From an uncultured Mycoplasmatota bacterium (GTDB lineage: Bacteria > Bacillota_I > Bacilli_A > RF39 > UBA660), in assembly GCA_900546715.1 (NCBI GenBank), contig UREA01000001.1, positions 9,141 through 73,140 on the forward strand: 64,000 nt of DNA, in the 5' to 3' direction. Numbering within the stretch: the stretch's first letter is position 1; each line of letters starts with the position of its first letter. Both the position numbers and the translations under genes were made by a program. Under the pieces are notes generated by a model. It worked only from the letters and a program-made list of their open reading frames with translations. It was not told the DNA's origin and made no database searches. Below, piece by piece: positions 36,778-47,181 of this stretch.

Positions 36778-37474
36778 CTTCTTCACCTTTTAAGACATTA
36801 ATAATTTTTTCTTTAAATTTAGCATTATTAAGATTACTTTTACTAACACGCTCAAGCATTCCATTATTAAGTACTACTATTTCATCACATAAATCTAGGG
36901 CTAATTCTAAAATATGTGTTGAAAATATTAAAATGCGATTTTCTTTAGTTTTCTTAAGTAGCTCTTTCATTTCTTCAGCAACAACTACATCAAAACTAGT
37001 GAGTGGTTCATCTAATAGTAAAATACTAGGGTTAGCAATAATATTTACTAACATTTGCATTTTATTTTTCATTCCATGAGAATAATCTTTCATAAGTTTA
37101 TATCTATCACTTACATCAAGTTTAATTAAATCAAAATATTCATCAATACTTTTTAAATCAGTTATTTTATCTTTATTAATATCAATAAAAAATTTCAAAA
37201 ATTCTCTACCTGTTAAAAACTCTGGAACAACAGGAGTAGATAAAACATAACCAATATCACTAGCTTCAACCTTACGGTTTTCTTTATCTTCTATAAAAAA
37301 GGAACCATTATCAATTTCTAAATCTTCATTCAAGCAGTTAAAAAGAGTCGTTTTTCCTGCACCATTACGACCGAGTAGTCCATAAATTTTACCACTTTCA
37401 AATTCAAAGTTAATATCTTTTAAGACCTCTTTGGTCCCAAATTTCTTTTCTAAATTTTTAATTACCAATTTCAT
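36767..37474 (-). CDS. ABC transporter ATP-binding protein
   Basis: Walker A GRNGAGKTT, signature YSHGMKNK, Walker B LLLDEP. Confidence 0.85.
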   Translation of the reverse strand: MKLVIKNLEKKFGTKEVLKDINFEFESGKIYGLLGRNGAGKTTLFNCLNEDLEIDNGSFFIEDKENRKVEASDIGYVLSTPVVPEFLTGREFLKFFIDINKDKITDLKSIDEYFDLIKLDVSDRYKLMKDYSHGMKNKMQMLVNIIANPSILLLDEPLTSFDVVVAEEMKELLKKTKENRILIFSTHILELALDLCDEIVVLNNGMLERVSKSNLNNAKFKEKIINVLKGEEDAE

Positions 37475-37524
37475 ATAAACATCACTTGTTTAGTATACCA
37501 TATTTTAGCTAAAAGAAAAAGAGA

Positions 37525-38403
37525 TTATATTTCTACAATCTCATATTCACGACTACCAACGCCTTCTTCCTCTGCTGCTTCAACAGTGTGTACTCCATGA
37601 AGTGATTCGATTCTCTCAATTAACTTATCCTTGCCAGGATCAGCTCTATTATAAACAATATCTAGACAAGCTTGGTCAACTGCAACAGGGTCAAGGCTTG
37701 CAAGAATACCTACATCTTTCATACATGGTTCTGTTGCATTACCATCGCAATCACAATCAACTGATATGTTTTTCATTACATTGATATATACTGCATTACC
37801 ATTAAAGTGAGCAACAACACTTGATGCCGCATCGGCCATAGCTTCTAGAAATCTATCTTGTTCTGGTAAATTATTAAATAATTCATATTGATTATCAGTT
37901 TCTCCAGCAGTATGAATTAAAGTTTTACCAGCAGAAGATGCACAACCAATTGAAAGTTGTTTTAGTGCTCCACCATAGCCACCCATAGCATGACCTTTAA
38001 AATGAGATAATACAAGTAAAGAATCATAATTAGCTAAATTTTTACCAACATAATTTTTATGCAAAACTTTACCATTTGGAACATCTAATTCTAAATCGGG
38101 TCCTTCAGCATCCATTAAGTCAAACGGAAAATATTTTTCCCATTCATGTTCTTTAATTAACTCACGATGTTTTTCTGTAGTATTTCTAGCACCTGCATAA
38201 GCCGTATTACATTCAACTACAGTACCATTTACATGATTAACTAAATCTTTAACAAATTCTGGTCTCAAATAATTTTTATTACCGGCTTCACCAGAATGCA
38301 TTTTAACAGCAACTTTGCCATCTAATTTTTTACCTAATGCTTCATAAATTTTAATTAAAGCATCACTACTAATTTCTTTTGTAAAATAAACTTTTGATTT
38401 CAC
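37525..38403 (-). CDS. DUF362-domain protein
   Basis: 292 aa. GTG start with GGAGGGA upstream. N-terminus MKSKVYFTKEISSDALIKIYEALGKKLDGKVAVKMHSGE and Cys cluster VDCDCDGN fit the DUF362 family. Noticeably higher GC than its neighbours. Confidence 0.65.
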   Translation of the reverse strand: MKSKVYFTKEISSDALIKIYEALGKKLDGKVAVKMHSGEAGNKNYLRPEFVKDLVNHVNGTVVECNTAYAGARNTTEKHRELIKEHEWEKYFPFDLMDAEGPDLELDVPNGKVLHKNYVGKNLANYDSLLVLSHFKGHAMGGYGGALKQLSIGCASSAGKTLIHTAGETDNQYELFNNLPEQDRFLEAMADAASSVVAHFNGNAVYINVMKNISVDCDCDGNATEPCMKDVGILASLDPVAVDQACLDIVYNRADPGKDKLIERIESLHGVHTVEAAEEEGVGSREYEIVEI

Positions 38404-38422
38404 TTTTCATCCCTCCAAATTC

Positions 38423-38453
38423 ATTTTAACACTTAAAGCAGACTCCAAGTCAA
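38423..38453 (-). promoter_or_regulatory. MerR-type promoter (19-bp spacer with dyad) of the DUF362 gene
   Basis: Minus strand TTGACT-TGGAGTCTGCTTTAAGTGT-TAAAAT. Dyad ACTTGGAG/CTTTAAGT. Paralogous to 29259-29289. Confidence 0.5.
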
Positions 38454-38456
38454 GAT

Positions 38457-39419
38457 TTATTTTTTAAACTCGTCACTTATTTGTTCTTTATTTTCCTTTG
38501 TATATCCTTTTAAAGAATCCGGTAAAATACTCACTAAATCTTGATAAAGCTTCCCATAAGCATTTTCATATTCCTCATTAAATTTATGAACTATTCCCAC
38601 ATTATATTTAATATTATCCTTTGTTAAAATAAATATACTTCGCTCATCAACTTTCTTTTTTACTCTAGCTTCATATGGATAAAACCAAAGTATTTCATCT
38701 AACTTTATAATATATAGTTTAGGTTTATAATTAATTAAATAATTTTTAGTAATAATTGTGTGACATATTGTATTATGATTACTACTATTTAATTCTTTAT
38801 CAGTTATTACTTTTAATACTTTTCTTCTTCTAATTATTTTAATTACATTTATTAATATGAAAAGTATGCCCACCAAAAACAAAGGTATAACTAAAGTGGT
38901 TACTTGTTTTAAAATATAATCATTAGTCAAAGTAGTATCTAAATAATATTTGCCAATAACTTCATCAATTGTACTTGCATTAACATCTACATCCATTTCA
39001 ATTAAATAATCAAGGGCATAATTTTTAATTTCTGCAGGTATTTCTTTTGTTCTTCCCTTGATTATAACACTTTTTGGTTCTTCAGCATCAGCATTATAAG
39101 TATATTCATGTATTTCCTTTAAATTATTAAATTCATTATCATCAAGCACAACTACAAATATATTATCATTACTATCAAATACCAAATAAAACCTTTCTAA
39201 CTCACCAGATTCATTTAAAGTTGCAAAATAATCAGTAAGAAGTGTTACTTCAACATCAGAAGCAGCATATTCTTTATCTACTTCATTTAAATAAGCTACA
39301 TCTTCATTTTTTAAATAACTATTTAACAGCAGATAGAATCCTAATGAAGTAAAACATATAATAATTCCTAAAATTAATAAAATTTTCTTAACTTTAACTA
39401 TTTTTTTAAATTCTTTCAT
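38457..39419 (-). CDS. Hypothetical 2-TM membrane protein with extracytoplasmic domain and cytoplasmic C-terminal domain
   Basis: 320 aa. TM at residues ~14-35 and ~175-200. Downstream of the HK/RR pair. Confidence 0.55.
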   Translation of the reverse strand: MKEFKKIVKVKKILLILGIIICFTSLGFYLLLNSYLKNEDVAYLNEVDKEYAASDVEVTLLTDYFATLNESGELERFYLVFDSNDNIFVVVLDDNEFNNLKEIHEYTYNADAEEPKSVIIKGRTKEIPAEIKNYALDYLIEMDVDVNASTIDEVIGKYYLDTTLTNDYILKQVTTLVIPLFLVGILFILINVIKIIRRRKVLKVITDKELNSSNHNTICHTIITKNYLINYKPKLYIIKLDEILWFYPYEARVKKKVDERSIFILTKDNIKYNVGIVHKFNEEYENAYGKLYQDLVSILPDSLKGYTKENKEQISDEFKK

Positions 39420-39464
39420 TTTGCCTCCGCAATTATTATACTAAATAATTAATATTTAAGCAAA

Positions 39465-40649
39465 TTACTTATAATACCTTATTATAAATTTTGTTCCCTT
39501 ATTAACTTCCGATTTAACTATAATTTTTCCATTATCTTTAGTAATTATCTCTTTAGCTAAAGATAATCCAATTCCAAAATTATTACTATTAGTACTACTT
39601 CCTTTATAAAACCTTTCAAAAATTCTATTTTTTTCTTTCTCGCTCATCCCTAAACCTTCATCTTCTATAATAATTTCTGTGTATAAAGATTTATCTTTAA
39701 AACTAATATATATATTTTTATCATTTAGTGTATGTTCTATAGCATTTTTTATTATATTACTTATTGCCTCACTCTCCCATTTATAATCTCCAATAAATTC
39801 TACATCATTTGCTCCACTTACATGAATATTGATATTTTTAACTTCTCTAATTACATCAAGATTCTTCATACACTCTAAAATTAATTTTTTTACATTAATA
39901 TCATCCTTTTTAAAAGTTATTACATTGGCATCAAACCTAGATAATTTAAGTAAAACAATAACTAAATAATTGATATTATCAACTTGTCTTTTAATATCAT
40001 TTAAAAACTCCAGTTCTGTTTTCTTATCAACTTCTTCATCACACAAATTATCAACAAGAATTGCTATTGATGTAAGTGGTGTTTTTAATTGATGCGAAAT
40101 ATTAGCTAAATTTTCTTTTAAAGTAATTTTATCAAGATATTCGCGACTTGCCATTTCTCTTAACATTACTGTTGTTGTATAGATCTCATTTTTAAGTATT
40201 GATAAAATTCCTTCACTATTTAAATCAATTTTTAAATCATAATTTCCCCGATTTAATTCTTTTAAATAATCAATAATTTTATCAAGTTCTCTTTTTTCTT
40301 TTTTATCATAGAAAAAAATTAATAAAAATATAACTATAGATATTATTAATAACACTATACTATTAATAATTAAATTACGATAAAAATTATCATTAATGCT
40401 TTTAAGTACTCCCATAGAATTTATATCAATGCCAAAACTTGCTAAAATATCACTAGCCTCATTATCAAAACTATTAATAATTTCAATTATTTCTTCTTCC
40501 GTTACATCTGGATAGTTTTTAACTACTTCACTAATTATATTATTAGTAAAATTATTAGTAATTCTAACATAACTTTTATAATCTACAAAAGAAATTATAA
40601 AAAATGTAATTACAACAACTATCCATACTATAATAAAATGTTTTTTCAT
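39465..40649 (-). CDS. Sensor histidine kinase
   Basis: 394 aa. Two TM, H-box NISHQLKTPLTSI, HATPase_c (IIEDEGLGMSEKE...FGIGLSLAKEI). Confidence 0.9.
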   Translation of the reverse strand: MKKHFIIVWIVVVITFFIISFVDYKSYVRITNNFTNNIISEVVKNYPDVTEEEIIEIINSFDNEASDILASFGIDINSMGVLKSINDNFYRNLIINSIVLLIISIVIFLLIFFYDKKEKRELDKIIDYLKELNRGNYDLKIDLNSEGILSILKNEIYTTTVMLREMASREYLDKITLKENLANISHQLKTPLTSIAILVDNLCDEEVDKKTELEFLNDIKRQVDNINYLVIVLLKLSRFDANVITFKKDDINVKKLILECMKNLDVIREVKNINIHVSGANDVEFIGDYKWESEAISNIIKNAIEHTLNDKNIYISFKDKSLYTEIIIEDEGLGMSEKEKNRIFERFYKGSSTNSNNFGIGLSLAKEIITKDNGKIIVKSEVNKGTKFIIRYYK

Positions 40650-41290
40650 ACATCCACCCGATAACCTAAGCCTTTTATTGTTTTAATAATATCACTACCT
40701 AATTTCTCTCTAATTCTTTTAATATAAACAGTTAAGGTATTATCTTCAACAAAATTACCTGAGATATCCCAAATTTGTTCCATAATTATTTCTCTAGTTA
40801 CAATTCTATTTAAATTTTGAAATAGTAATAATAAAATACGATATTCTAAACTAGTAAATATTACTTCTACATTATCTACATATACCCTAGCAGCATCAGT
40901 ATCAATAACTATATTTTTAACTTTAATTAAATTATTATCTTTATTCTTTCTAATTATTTTATTTATTCTAGAAAGTAATTCTTTAGCCCTAAAAGGTTTA
41001 ACCATATAATCTTCTACCCCATTATCTAGGGCATCACTAATTACATCTTCATCATCTTTAGCAGTTAAGACTAAAGTTGGTTTATTAGTTAGAGTCTTTT
41101 TAAAGAAATCAATACCATCACCATCAGGTAACATTAAATCAAGTATTATTAAATTATAATTATTTTCTAAATACTTTTTAGCATCACTCAAAGTACTAAC
41201 AACATCTACATCAAAATTATGTTGTTTTAATAAATAGACAATTCCTTTAATAATAAACTCATTATCTTCGATTAATAATATTTTATACAT
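40646..41290 (-). CDS. OmpR-family response regulator
   Basis: Receiver (ILLIEDNEF..ILDLMLPDGDG) plus winged-helix output (LTVYIKRIREKL..GLGYRV). Confidence 0.9.
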   Translation of the reverse strand: MYKILLIEDNEFIIKGIVYLLKQHNFDVDVVSTLSDAKKYLENNYNLIILDLMLPDGDGIDFFKKTLTNKPTLVLTAKDDEDVISDALDNGVEDYMVKPFRAKELLSRINKIIRKNKDNNLIKVKNIVIDTDAARVYVDNVEVIFTSLEYRILLLLFQNLNRIVTREIIMEQIWDISGNFVEDNTLTVYIKRIREKLGSDIIKTIKGLGYRVDV

Positions 41291-41363
41291 AAGCAATCAC
41301 ACTTATATTTTAACAAATTTAATAGAATATTAAAACTGATAAATGAAATTATCAGTTTTAATG

Positions 41364-43124
41364 TTAGTCTATTTTTATTCTAATTGGGTCAGAAATTGTT
41401 CCAGATCCAGATGCATATTCTACATCAGAGTTAAGGTAAAAGGTAGGTCTTACAGCATGATTAGCATTACCATTTATTGCTCTTAAACCTCCGCGTGCTT
41501 CTATGTTATAAGCATAATAACCACTTTCATATGGCAATAGCCATTCAGTTACTCCCATAAAAATCCAATTATTAATTAAAGATGAATCTGAATAACTTCC
41601 TACATTTGATGACCAATTATTTGGACTTGCTGCAAATCCATAGTCTGATACATACATTAAGGCAACTTTAGTTGTAAAAGTTTGATTAGCAATTTCCTGT
41701 TCATAAAAATCTTTAGCCATCCCACTATAACTATCTTCAATTCTACTATTATACCAATTATGATCCGAAATCATATTTCTCCAACTGCTTCCAATATTAT
41801 TTAAAAAATTAGTATTAAAATTAACCGTATTAAGAGTGCTATCCCTCCATGACTCATCCCAATTCCAACGATATGTACTTACACTATTTAAGCTTCCAGT
41901 ATAATATGGATTACTTGAACTATTAATAGTGCTATTAGCCATATATTGACCGTTGGTTCCTAACAAATTACTATTTGCATAATCATATTTTAATAATTTT
42001 ACCTCATATATTCTATTTTGATTTAAAAATACACCTATAATGCGATACAAATTATCATTTGGGCATGTACTTGCTGTCGAACCAAAGCATACATAATTAT
42101 TTGGGTCTGCTCCAACATATCTATATGAGTAATCACCAATCTCATATCGCCCATAAGTACCTGATTCATCCATTAAATATAAATTATTACTTCCATCCTG
42201 ACTATATAAATCGATTATATAATCTGCAAAATAAATAGTAATCTCTTCCGTTGTTGTTGATATGTTATATTTTTGTGAATAATAACCATTAACAGCTTCC
42301 GCAAAAACCAATATATCATAGGTTACCCCATCCTCTAACGTATTAAAAGTAAAAGAGTTAGTTGTACTAGTACCAGCTTGATTTTCTCCATTCCCATTCA
42401 CATAAAAATAATATCTTTCTATTTCAACATCGCTTGTCGCATTTACTGTTAAAGTAAATCCACTATATGTTATATTACTTACACTAACACTATTAATAAC
42501 AGGTATAGAAACATCAGTAGTACTAACGCTAAGTTCATATATATTAGATTTAGCATTTGTGCTATCTACGGCATAAATGCTAATTTTATATTCTGTTAAT
42601 TTATTTAAATCATTTATTGTTATTACATTACTTGTACTCTCTTGATATTCTTCACTATCATTTAATACATAATAATATGTTGTTATACTTCCGTTTTCAC
42701 TAGTAGCACTTACATCTAATGTAACAGATGATCCTGTTACATTAGTAATACTAACATTATCTATCCACACTCCATCATATTTATCAAAATAAACATAACA
42801 TCTATCTGATGAATTACTAAGTAGATTTACAGTATTATTCTCAGAATTATACTCTAGTTCTCCGCCATTTTCACAACCACTTAAATTTTCATTAAAAATA
42901 TATCCGGATTCTGGCCATGTTGTATCTTTGGTTTCAACGTACTCACCTGAACCTGATTCTGTTTCATACATTAAAGTTATCATATTACTATTTATTACTT
43001 GTTTATTTTTTTCAACATTAGATATTATATTATTTTCTTTATTATCCACATTATTAAAGAAAATAATAGTTACTAAACTTAATGTTAATAACACACTACT
43101 TACCAACAATATTTTTTTATTCAT
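41364..43124 (-). CDS. Secreted or anchored protein with two FN3-like repeats and a ~290-aa C-terminal domain
   Basis: 586 aa. N-terminal signal anchor. Repeats (VSITNVTGSSVTLDVSAT.. / VSVSNITYSGFTLTVNAT..). C-terminus ..HAVRPTFYLNSDVEYASGSGTISDPIRI is shared with the fragment at 12032-12155. Confidence 0.65.
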   Translation of the reverse strand: MNKKILLVSSVLLTLSLVTIIFFNNVDNKENNIISNVEKNKQVINSNMITLMYETESGSGEYVETKDTTWPESGYIFNENLSGCENGGELEYNSENNTVNLLSNSSDRCYVYFDKYDGVWIDNVSITNVTGSSVTLDVSATSENGSITTYYYVLNDSEEYQESTSNVITINDLNKLTEYKISIYAVDSTNAKSNIYELSVSTTDVSIPVINSVSVSNITYSGFTLTVNATSDVEIERYYFYVNGNGENQAGTSTTNSFTFNTLEDGVTYDILVFAEAVNGYYSQKYNISTTTEEITIYFADYIIDLYSQDGSNNLYLMDESGTYGRYEIGDYSYRYVGADPNNYVCFGSTASTCPNDNLYRIIGVFLNQNRIYEVKLLKYDYANSNLLGTNGQYMANSTINSSSNPYYTGSLNSVSTYRWNWDESWRDSTLNTVNFNTNFLNNIGSSWRNMISDHNWYNSRIEDSYSGMAKDFYEQEIANQTFTTKVALMYVSDYGFAASPNNWSSNVGSYSDSSLINNWIFMGVTEWLLPYESGYYAYNIEARGGLRAINGNANHAVRPTFYLNSDVEYASGSGTISDPIRIKID

Positions 43125-43237
43125 GTACTACACCTTACCTTACAAAATTATTATATCACACTTTATCTACGAACGATAGATAAAATTTAAACTAATATAT
43201 TGAGATAATATAAGTAACAAGTGAGTGATTATAAATT

Positions 43238-43477
43238 ATGGATAGAAACGATGAAAATTATATTTATTATGTAATAGGACAAAATATTAAAAAACAAAGA
43301 AAACTAAAAAACTTAACTCAAGAACAATTAGCAGAAAAATGCAATTATTCTTTAAGTTTTATAGGTAATTTAGAAAGTACTAAAGTATTTCAAACTATAT
43401 CTGTAGGAAGTTTATATCACATAGCTAAAGTATTAGATATAAGTATATTAGAACTATTTAAAGATATTGATAGGTAA
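43238..43477 (+). CDS. XRE-family HTH transcriptional regulator
   Basis: 79 aa. HTH_3 pattern IGQNIKKQRKLKNLTQEQLAEKCNYSLSFIGNLE. Confidence 0.8.
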   Translation: MDRNDENYIYYVIGQNIKKQRKLKNLTQEQLAEKCNYSLSFIGNLESTKVFQTISVGSLYHIAKVLDISILELFKDIDR

Positions 43478-43506
43478 AAAAACTTACCTTTGATTTAGGT
43501 AAGTTT
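43478..43506. terminator. Bidirectional Rho-independent terminator
   Basis: AAAAACTTACCT-loop-AGGTAAGTTTTT between the convergent XRE and Fic genes. Confidence 0.7.
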
Positions 43507-44529
43507 TTATAATATAATCCATTCTCCATTCTTTTTACTATTTTTTCTAGTAATTAATCCTTTATTTTGCATTTCAGTCATTCTTGTTTTTACTGTTCTT
43601 AATGATTTATTAATAAGCCTAGCAATTTCTTCTTGAGTAATCGAAGGATTATTTTTTATTATATTAATAATTGCTTGTTCTTCTAAAGAATGTTTATTGT
43701 ATTTATAATCAACATGAGTATATCTATTTTTTAATTCATAATTTGTATCCGTCAAAAGATTATAAAAGAATTTTTCTAAAAACGAAATATCTTCAAATAT
43801 ATTTTTTTCATAGTTTTTATAATTTGCTCTAACTAATGAATTTCTAAAATACCATGAATATTTAGCAAAAGTATCATCATTAATATCAAATCCAAATGTT
43901 TTTAAATATTTTATGATAAATACTGCAACAGATCGAGTATTACCTTCACAAAAAGGATGAATTTGCCATATGTTAGAAGTAAATTTACATAAATGTTTTA
44001 TTGCTTCATCGAGAGTTTTATCTTTATATGAATATTCTTTTTCTTCATCAAAATCATATTTTAAAGCTGCTTCAATTGTTTCAAAAGATGCATAAGTAAC
44101 TGTATCACCATTTAAAACCCATTCATTTTTTATAAAGTTATAATCTCTTATTTTTCCAGCATCCTTAAAGATTCCTGAAAATAATCTTTTATGAATATTA
44201 ATTAATTCAGTTGGATTAAATGTAAAAGATTTTTCACTTAATAATTCAGTAATTCTTACAGAAACTTTATCAGCTTCTTCACTAGCCTCTTCATGTTTTC
44301 TATTATCTAATACTTTATAATATTGATTAATTCTTTTTTCTGCTTCTTTTAAATCGATATTGCCTTCAATATGTTCTTTGGCGGTTTCAATTAAATATTT
44401 CGATGGTTTTAATCCATCAACATCTTGAAGGCCAATAGCAATTTCCCAATTTTTAGCTTTCTCTACAGTATTATCTTCAGAACTTTTTATATATTCTGAT
44501 AATTCTAAATTCCATTTTTCTTTTTCCAT
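43507..44529 (-). CDS. Fic-family protein with C-terminal winged HTH
   Basis: 340 aa. Fic motif HPFCEGNTRSVAVF (HxFx[DE]GNxR). C-terminal HTH-like ITQEEIARLINKSLRTVKTRMTEMQNKGLI. Confidence 0.85.
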   Translation of the reverse strand: MEKEKWNLELSEYIKSSEDNTVEKAKNWEIAIGLQDVDGLKPSKYLIETAKEHIEGNIDLKEAEKRINQYYKVLDNRKHEEASEEADKVSVRITELLSEKSFTFNPTELINIHKRLFSGIFKDAGKIRDYNFIKNEWVLNGDTVTYASFETIEAALKYDFDEEKEYSYKDKTLDEAIKHLCKFTSNIWQIHPFCEGNTRSVAVFIIKYLKTFGFDINDDTFAKYSWYFRNSLVRANYKNYEKNIFEDISFLEKFFYNLLTDTNYELKNRYTHVDYKYNKHSLEEQAIINIIKNNPSITQEEIARLINKSLRTVKTRMTEMQNKGLITRKNSKKNGEWIIL

Positions 44530-44581
44530 TTCAATACCTCTTACTACTATATATTATATCATTAATTTTCTTATAAAACAA

Positions 44582-44629
44582 TTTAAAGTGCAAATTTTGC
44601 ACTTTAAATTTAAATAATTGCACTTTAAA
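44582..44629. promoter_or_regulatory. 27-bp perfect palindrome plus an extra half-site between the FtsX permease gene and the Fic gene
   Basis: TTTAAAGTGCAAA-T-TTTGCACTTTAAA (44582-44608) and TTGCACTTTAAA (44618-44629). The palindrome ends a few nt upstream of a TTGTTT-17-TATAAT promoter for the Fic gene (minus strand). Confidence 0.4.
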
Positions 44630-47179
44630 TTAGATATTATCATTTCTAATAGTTTCAATTATATTTTGTTTATTAATTTTTTTAACTGAGAAATGCATTA
44701 TTATACTTATTAGTAAGAATACTACAATACTAGCTATAATAATAGACTCCCAAGGTATAACATAACCTAAATCATTACCAACTTCAAAAGCTTTATAAAT
44801 TAGAATTGAACCAATTATACCTAAAGGTATACCAATAACTAATGATTTAGTTCCATAAAATAAACTTTCTAATCTAACCATTTTATTAAATTCATGTTTG
44901 GTCATACCAATTGATTTTAACATTGCAAATTCTTTACTTCTTAAATTCATATTAGTAGTTATTGTATTAAATATATTTGTAATACCTATTAAACTTATAA
45001 CTATAATAAATCCATAAAGGAATATTGCTACTAAAATAAGCATTGATCTATTAGCTTGAACTTCAGCATCAACATTATAAACATAAGAATTAAAAGTTGT
45101 ATTTTTTAAATAATCATTAGTTGTTTTTTCTAAGTTTTCAACATCATTACTACTAATATATAATCCTTCATAATTATATGTTAAATTATCCATAAATTCA
45201 TCACTTACTATAATGTAGCCAGAATCAGTGTAAACTCCTTCTAGACCCATTGGTCTTTTTTCGGTCCTTGTAGCAATAGGGATTGTTACATTAGATCCAT
45301 TAATTACACCACTAAAACTTGTTACATCTTTATAAACATTTATAGTTTCATAGTGATCAAGTTGATAAATTGAAACATCATCTATAAGTATTCCTTTATC
45401 TTTATAGCTGCTAACATTGCCACCGATTTCTTTAATGAATCTCTCATACTCTTCATTGCCTAAAGATATTACAGAAATATTAGCTATTAATTCTTCTTCA
45501 GAAGTATCATATCTATTTAAATATTCTCCAAAATTTTGATAGAATCCTTCTTCACTCATATAATCAAGAGCACTAACTTCTAAAAGAGTTGTTCTGTGAA
45601 GAGCATATCTATCAATATCTTCAAAAGATAATATTTCTTCATAAGCCTTTGCTACTTCATCTTTATTATCAGAATTAACTAACACCATAAAATTATATTG
45701 ATAGTCACTGTAATACATACCAGTTAGTTTAAAACCATAATTTAGTAGAGAAGATAAAGAGATGAATACTGCAACACTTACTACTAAAGAGACAACTGTA
45801 GTTCTATATTTCTTGCGAGCCCTTTTTAAATTTTTATAAGCAATTTCGCCGCCGATACCAAAAAGTTTGCTAATTATTTTTGGAGTTTTTAATTTTTTTG
45901 CATTAATTTTTATTTCATTGTTATTACGAATAGCTTCAATTGGAGAAATCTTAGAAGATCTTCTAGCAGCACTAATTACTGATAGATAAATTGTAATACT
46001 AGCTAAGATTATACTTAACAATATAGGTATTAAAGGAACACTAAAGACAAATTTAATATCATTTAGAAAATCTCCAAGTAAAAGATTAACAATTATAGAT
46101 AATATGAAACAGGCTAGTATCCCACAAAGTATACCTAAAGGTATAGCAATAACACCTAGGATAAAACCTTCATATAAAACATTTTTCTTAATTTGTTTAC
46201 TTGTTGCTCCAACACTTGCAAGCATTCCATATTGTTTAGTTTTCTCCATTATCGAAATATTAAAACTATTACGAATTACAAAGATGCTTGTAACAATTAT
46301 TATACCAATTACAACTCCCGCAATAGCATAAAGCATACTTTGATTGCTATCACTTAAAGATACACCTTCCCAGCGTAATAATTCATTATTTAAATTATAA
46401 CTATAATTTTTTAGGGCATTAGAATTTTCCAAATTTTCTACAAAGGTTTCATAATAACTAGGATTTTTAAATAATAAGGATACATCATAGCCTTGAATGT
46501 TTTCTGAATTATAAGTAATTGCAGTAAAACCGGGAGCACTGAATGACTCAATACTAGTATTAACCCGCTCCATTATGCCTACAACTGTAAATTCCCCGGT
46601 ATAAGTATTAGCTAAAGATTCATGACACTCATCTAATGTTTCGCCATCTGGTACAAAGTATGGATTAGTTTGGGTAAGAGCACTGCCATCACTACAAACT
46701 CTATTACCAATTTCTAAGGTGATTCTATCCCCAATTTGCATATTGACTGAAGCATTAGTTAAAACTGTCTCCGGTATTACTATTTCATGAGAATTTTCTG
46801 GTAATCTACCATCAATTAAATGAACTTTGCTATTTTCTAAAGCTTCTTTATTATAACTTAAAATATACAAATATGGCTTATATTCATTTTCACTACCTTC
46901 TAAATTTGCATAACCTAATATTCCTACTTTATACATAGTATCAACATAACGATTGTTTTCAAAATATTTTAAATCATCGGCACTTACATTTTCTACAGTT
47001 ATATGTCTATTGCCATATTCATCTTTGGCATTTTCTACTAAAGTTGCCATAAAACTACTTACCATACCCGCAACAGCACATATAAGAGCAGTTGAAAGCA
47101 TTATCCCAATTATTGTTACTATTGTTCTTTTTTTATTAAGTTTTAAATTCTTAATAGTTAGTTTATTTAATATATTCAT
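44630..47179 (-). CDS. ABC transporter permease, FtsX family (double FtsX domain)
   Basis: 849 aa. Two 4-TM FtsX-type modules, each preceded by a large extracytoplasmic domain. Adjacent to a MacB/LolD-type ATPase. Confidence 0.8.
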   Translation of the reverse strand: MNILNKLTIKNLKLNKKRTIVTIIGIMLSTALICAVAGMVSSFMATLVENAKDEYGNRHITVENVSADDLKYFENNRYVDTMYKVGILGYANLEGSENEYKPYLYILSYNKEALENSKVHLIDGRLPENSHEIVIPETVLTNASVNMQIGDRITLEIGNRVCSDGSALTQTNPYFVPDGETLDECHESLANTYTGEFTVVGIMERVNTSIESFSAPGFTAITYNSENIQGYDVSLLFKNPSYYETFVENLENSNALKNYSYNLNNELLRWEGVSLSDSNQSMLYAIAGVVIGIIIVTSIFVIRNSFNISIMEKTKQYGMLASVGATSKQIKKNVLYEGFILGVIAIPLGILCGILACFILSIIVNLLLGDFLNDIKFVFSVPLIPILLSIILASITIYLSVISAARRSSKISPIEAIRNNNEIKINAKKLKTPKIISKLFGIGGEIAYKNLKRARKKYRTTVVSLVVSVAVFISLSSLLNYGFKLTGMYYSDYQYNFMVLVNSDNKDEVAKAYEEILSFEDIDRYALHRTTLLEVSALDYMSEEGFYQNFGEYLNRYDTSEEELIANISVISLGNEEYERFIKEIGGNVSSYKDKGILIDDVSIYQLDHYETINVYKDVTSFSGVINGSNVTIPIATRTEKRPMGLEGVYTDSGYIIVSDEFMDNLTYNYEGLYISSNDVENLEKTTNDYLKNTTFNSYVYNVDAEVQANRSMLILVAIFLYGFIIVISLIGITNIFNTITTNMNLRSKEFAMLKSIGMTKHEFNKMVRLESLFYGTKSLVIGIPLGIIGSILIYKAFEVGNDLGYVIPWESIIIASIVVFLLISIIMHFSVKKINKQNIIETIRNDNI

Positions 47180-47181
47180 AA

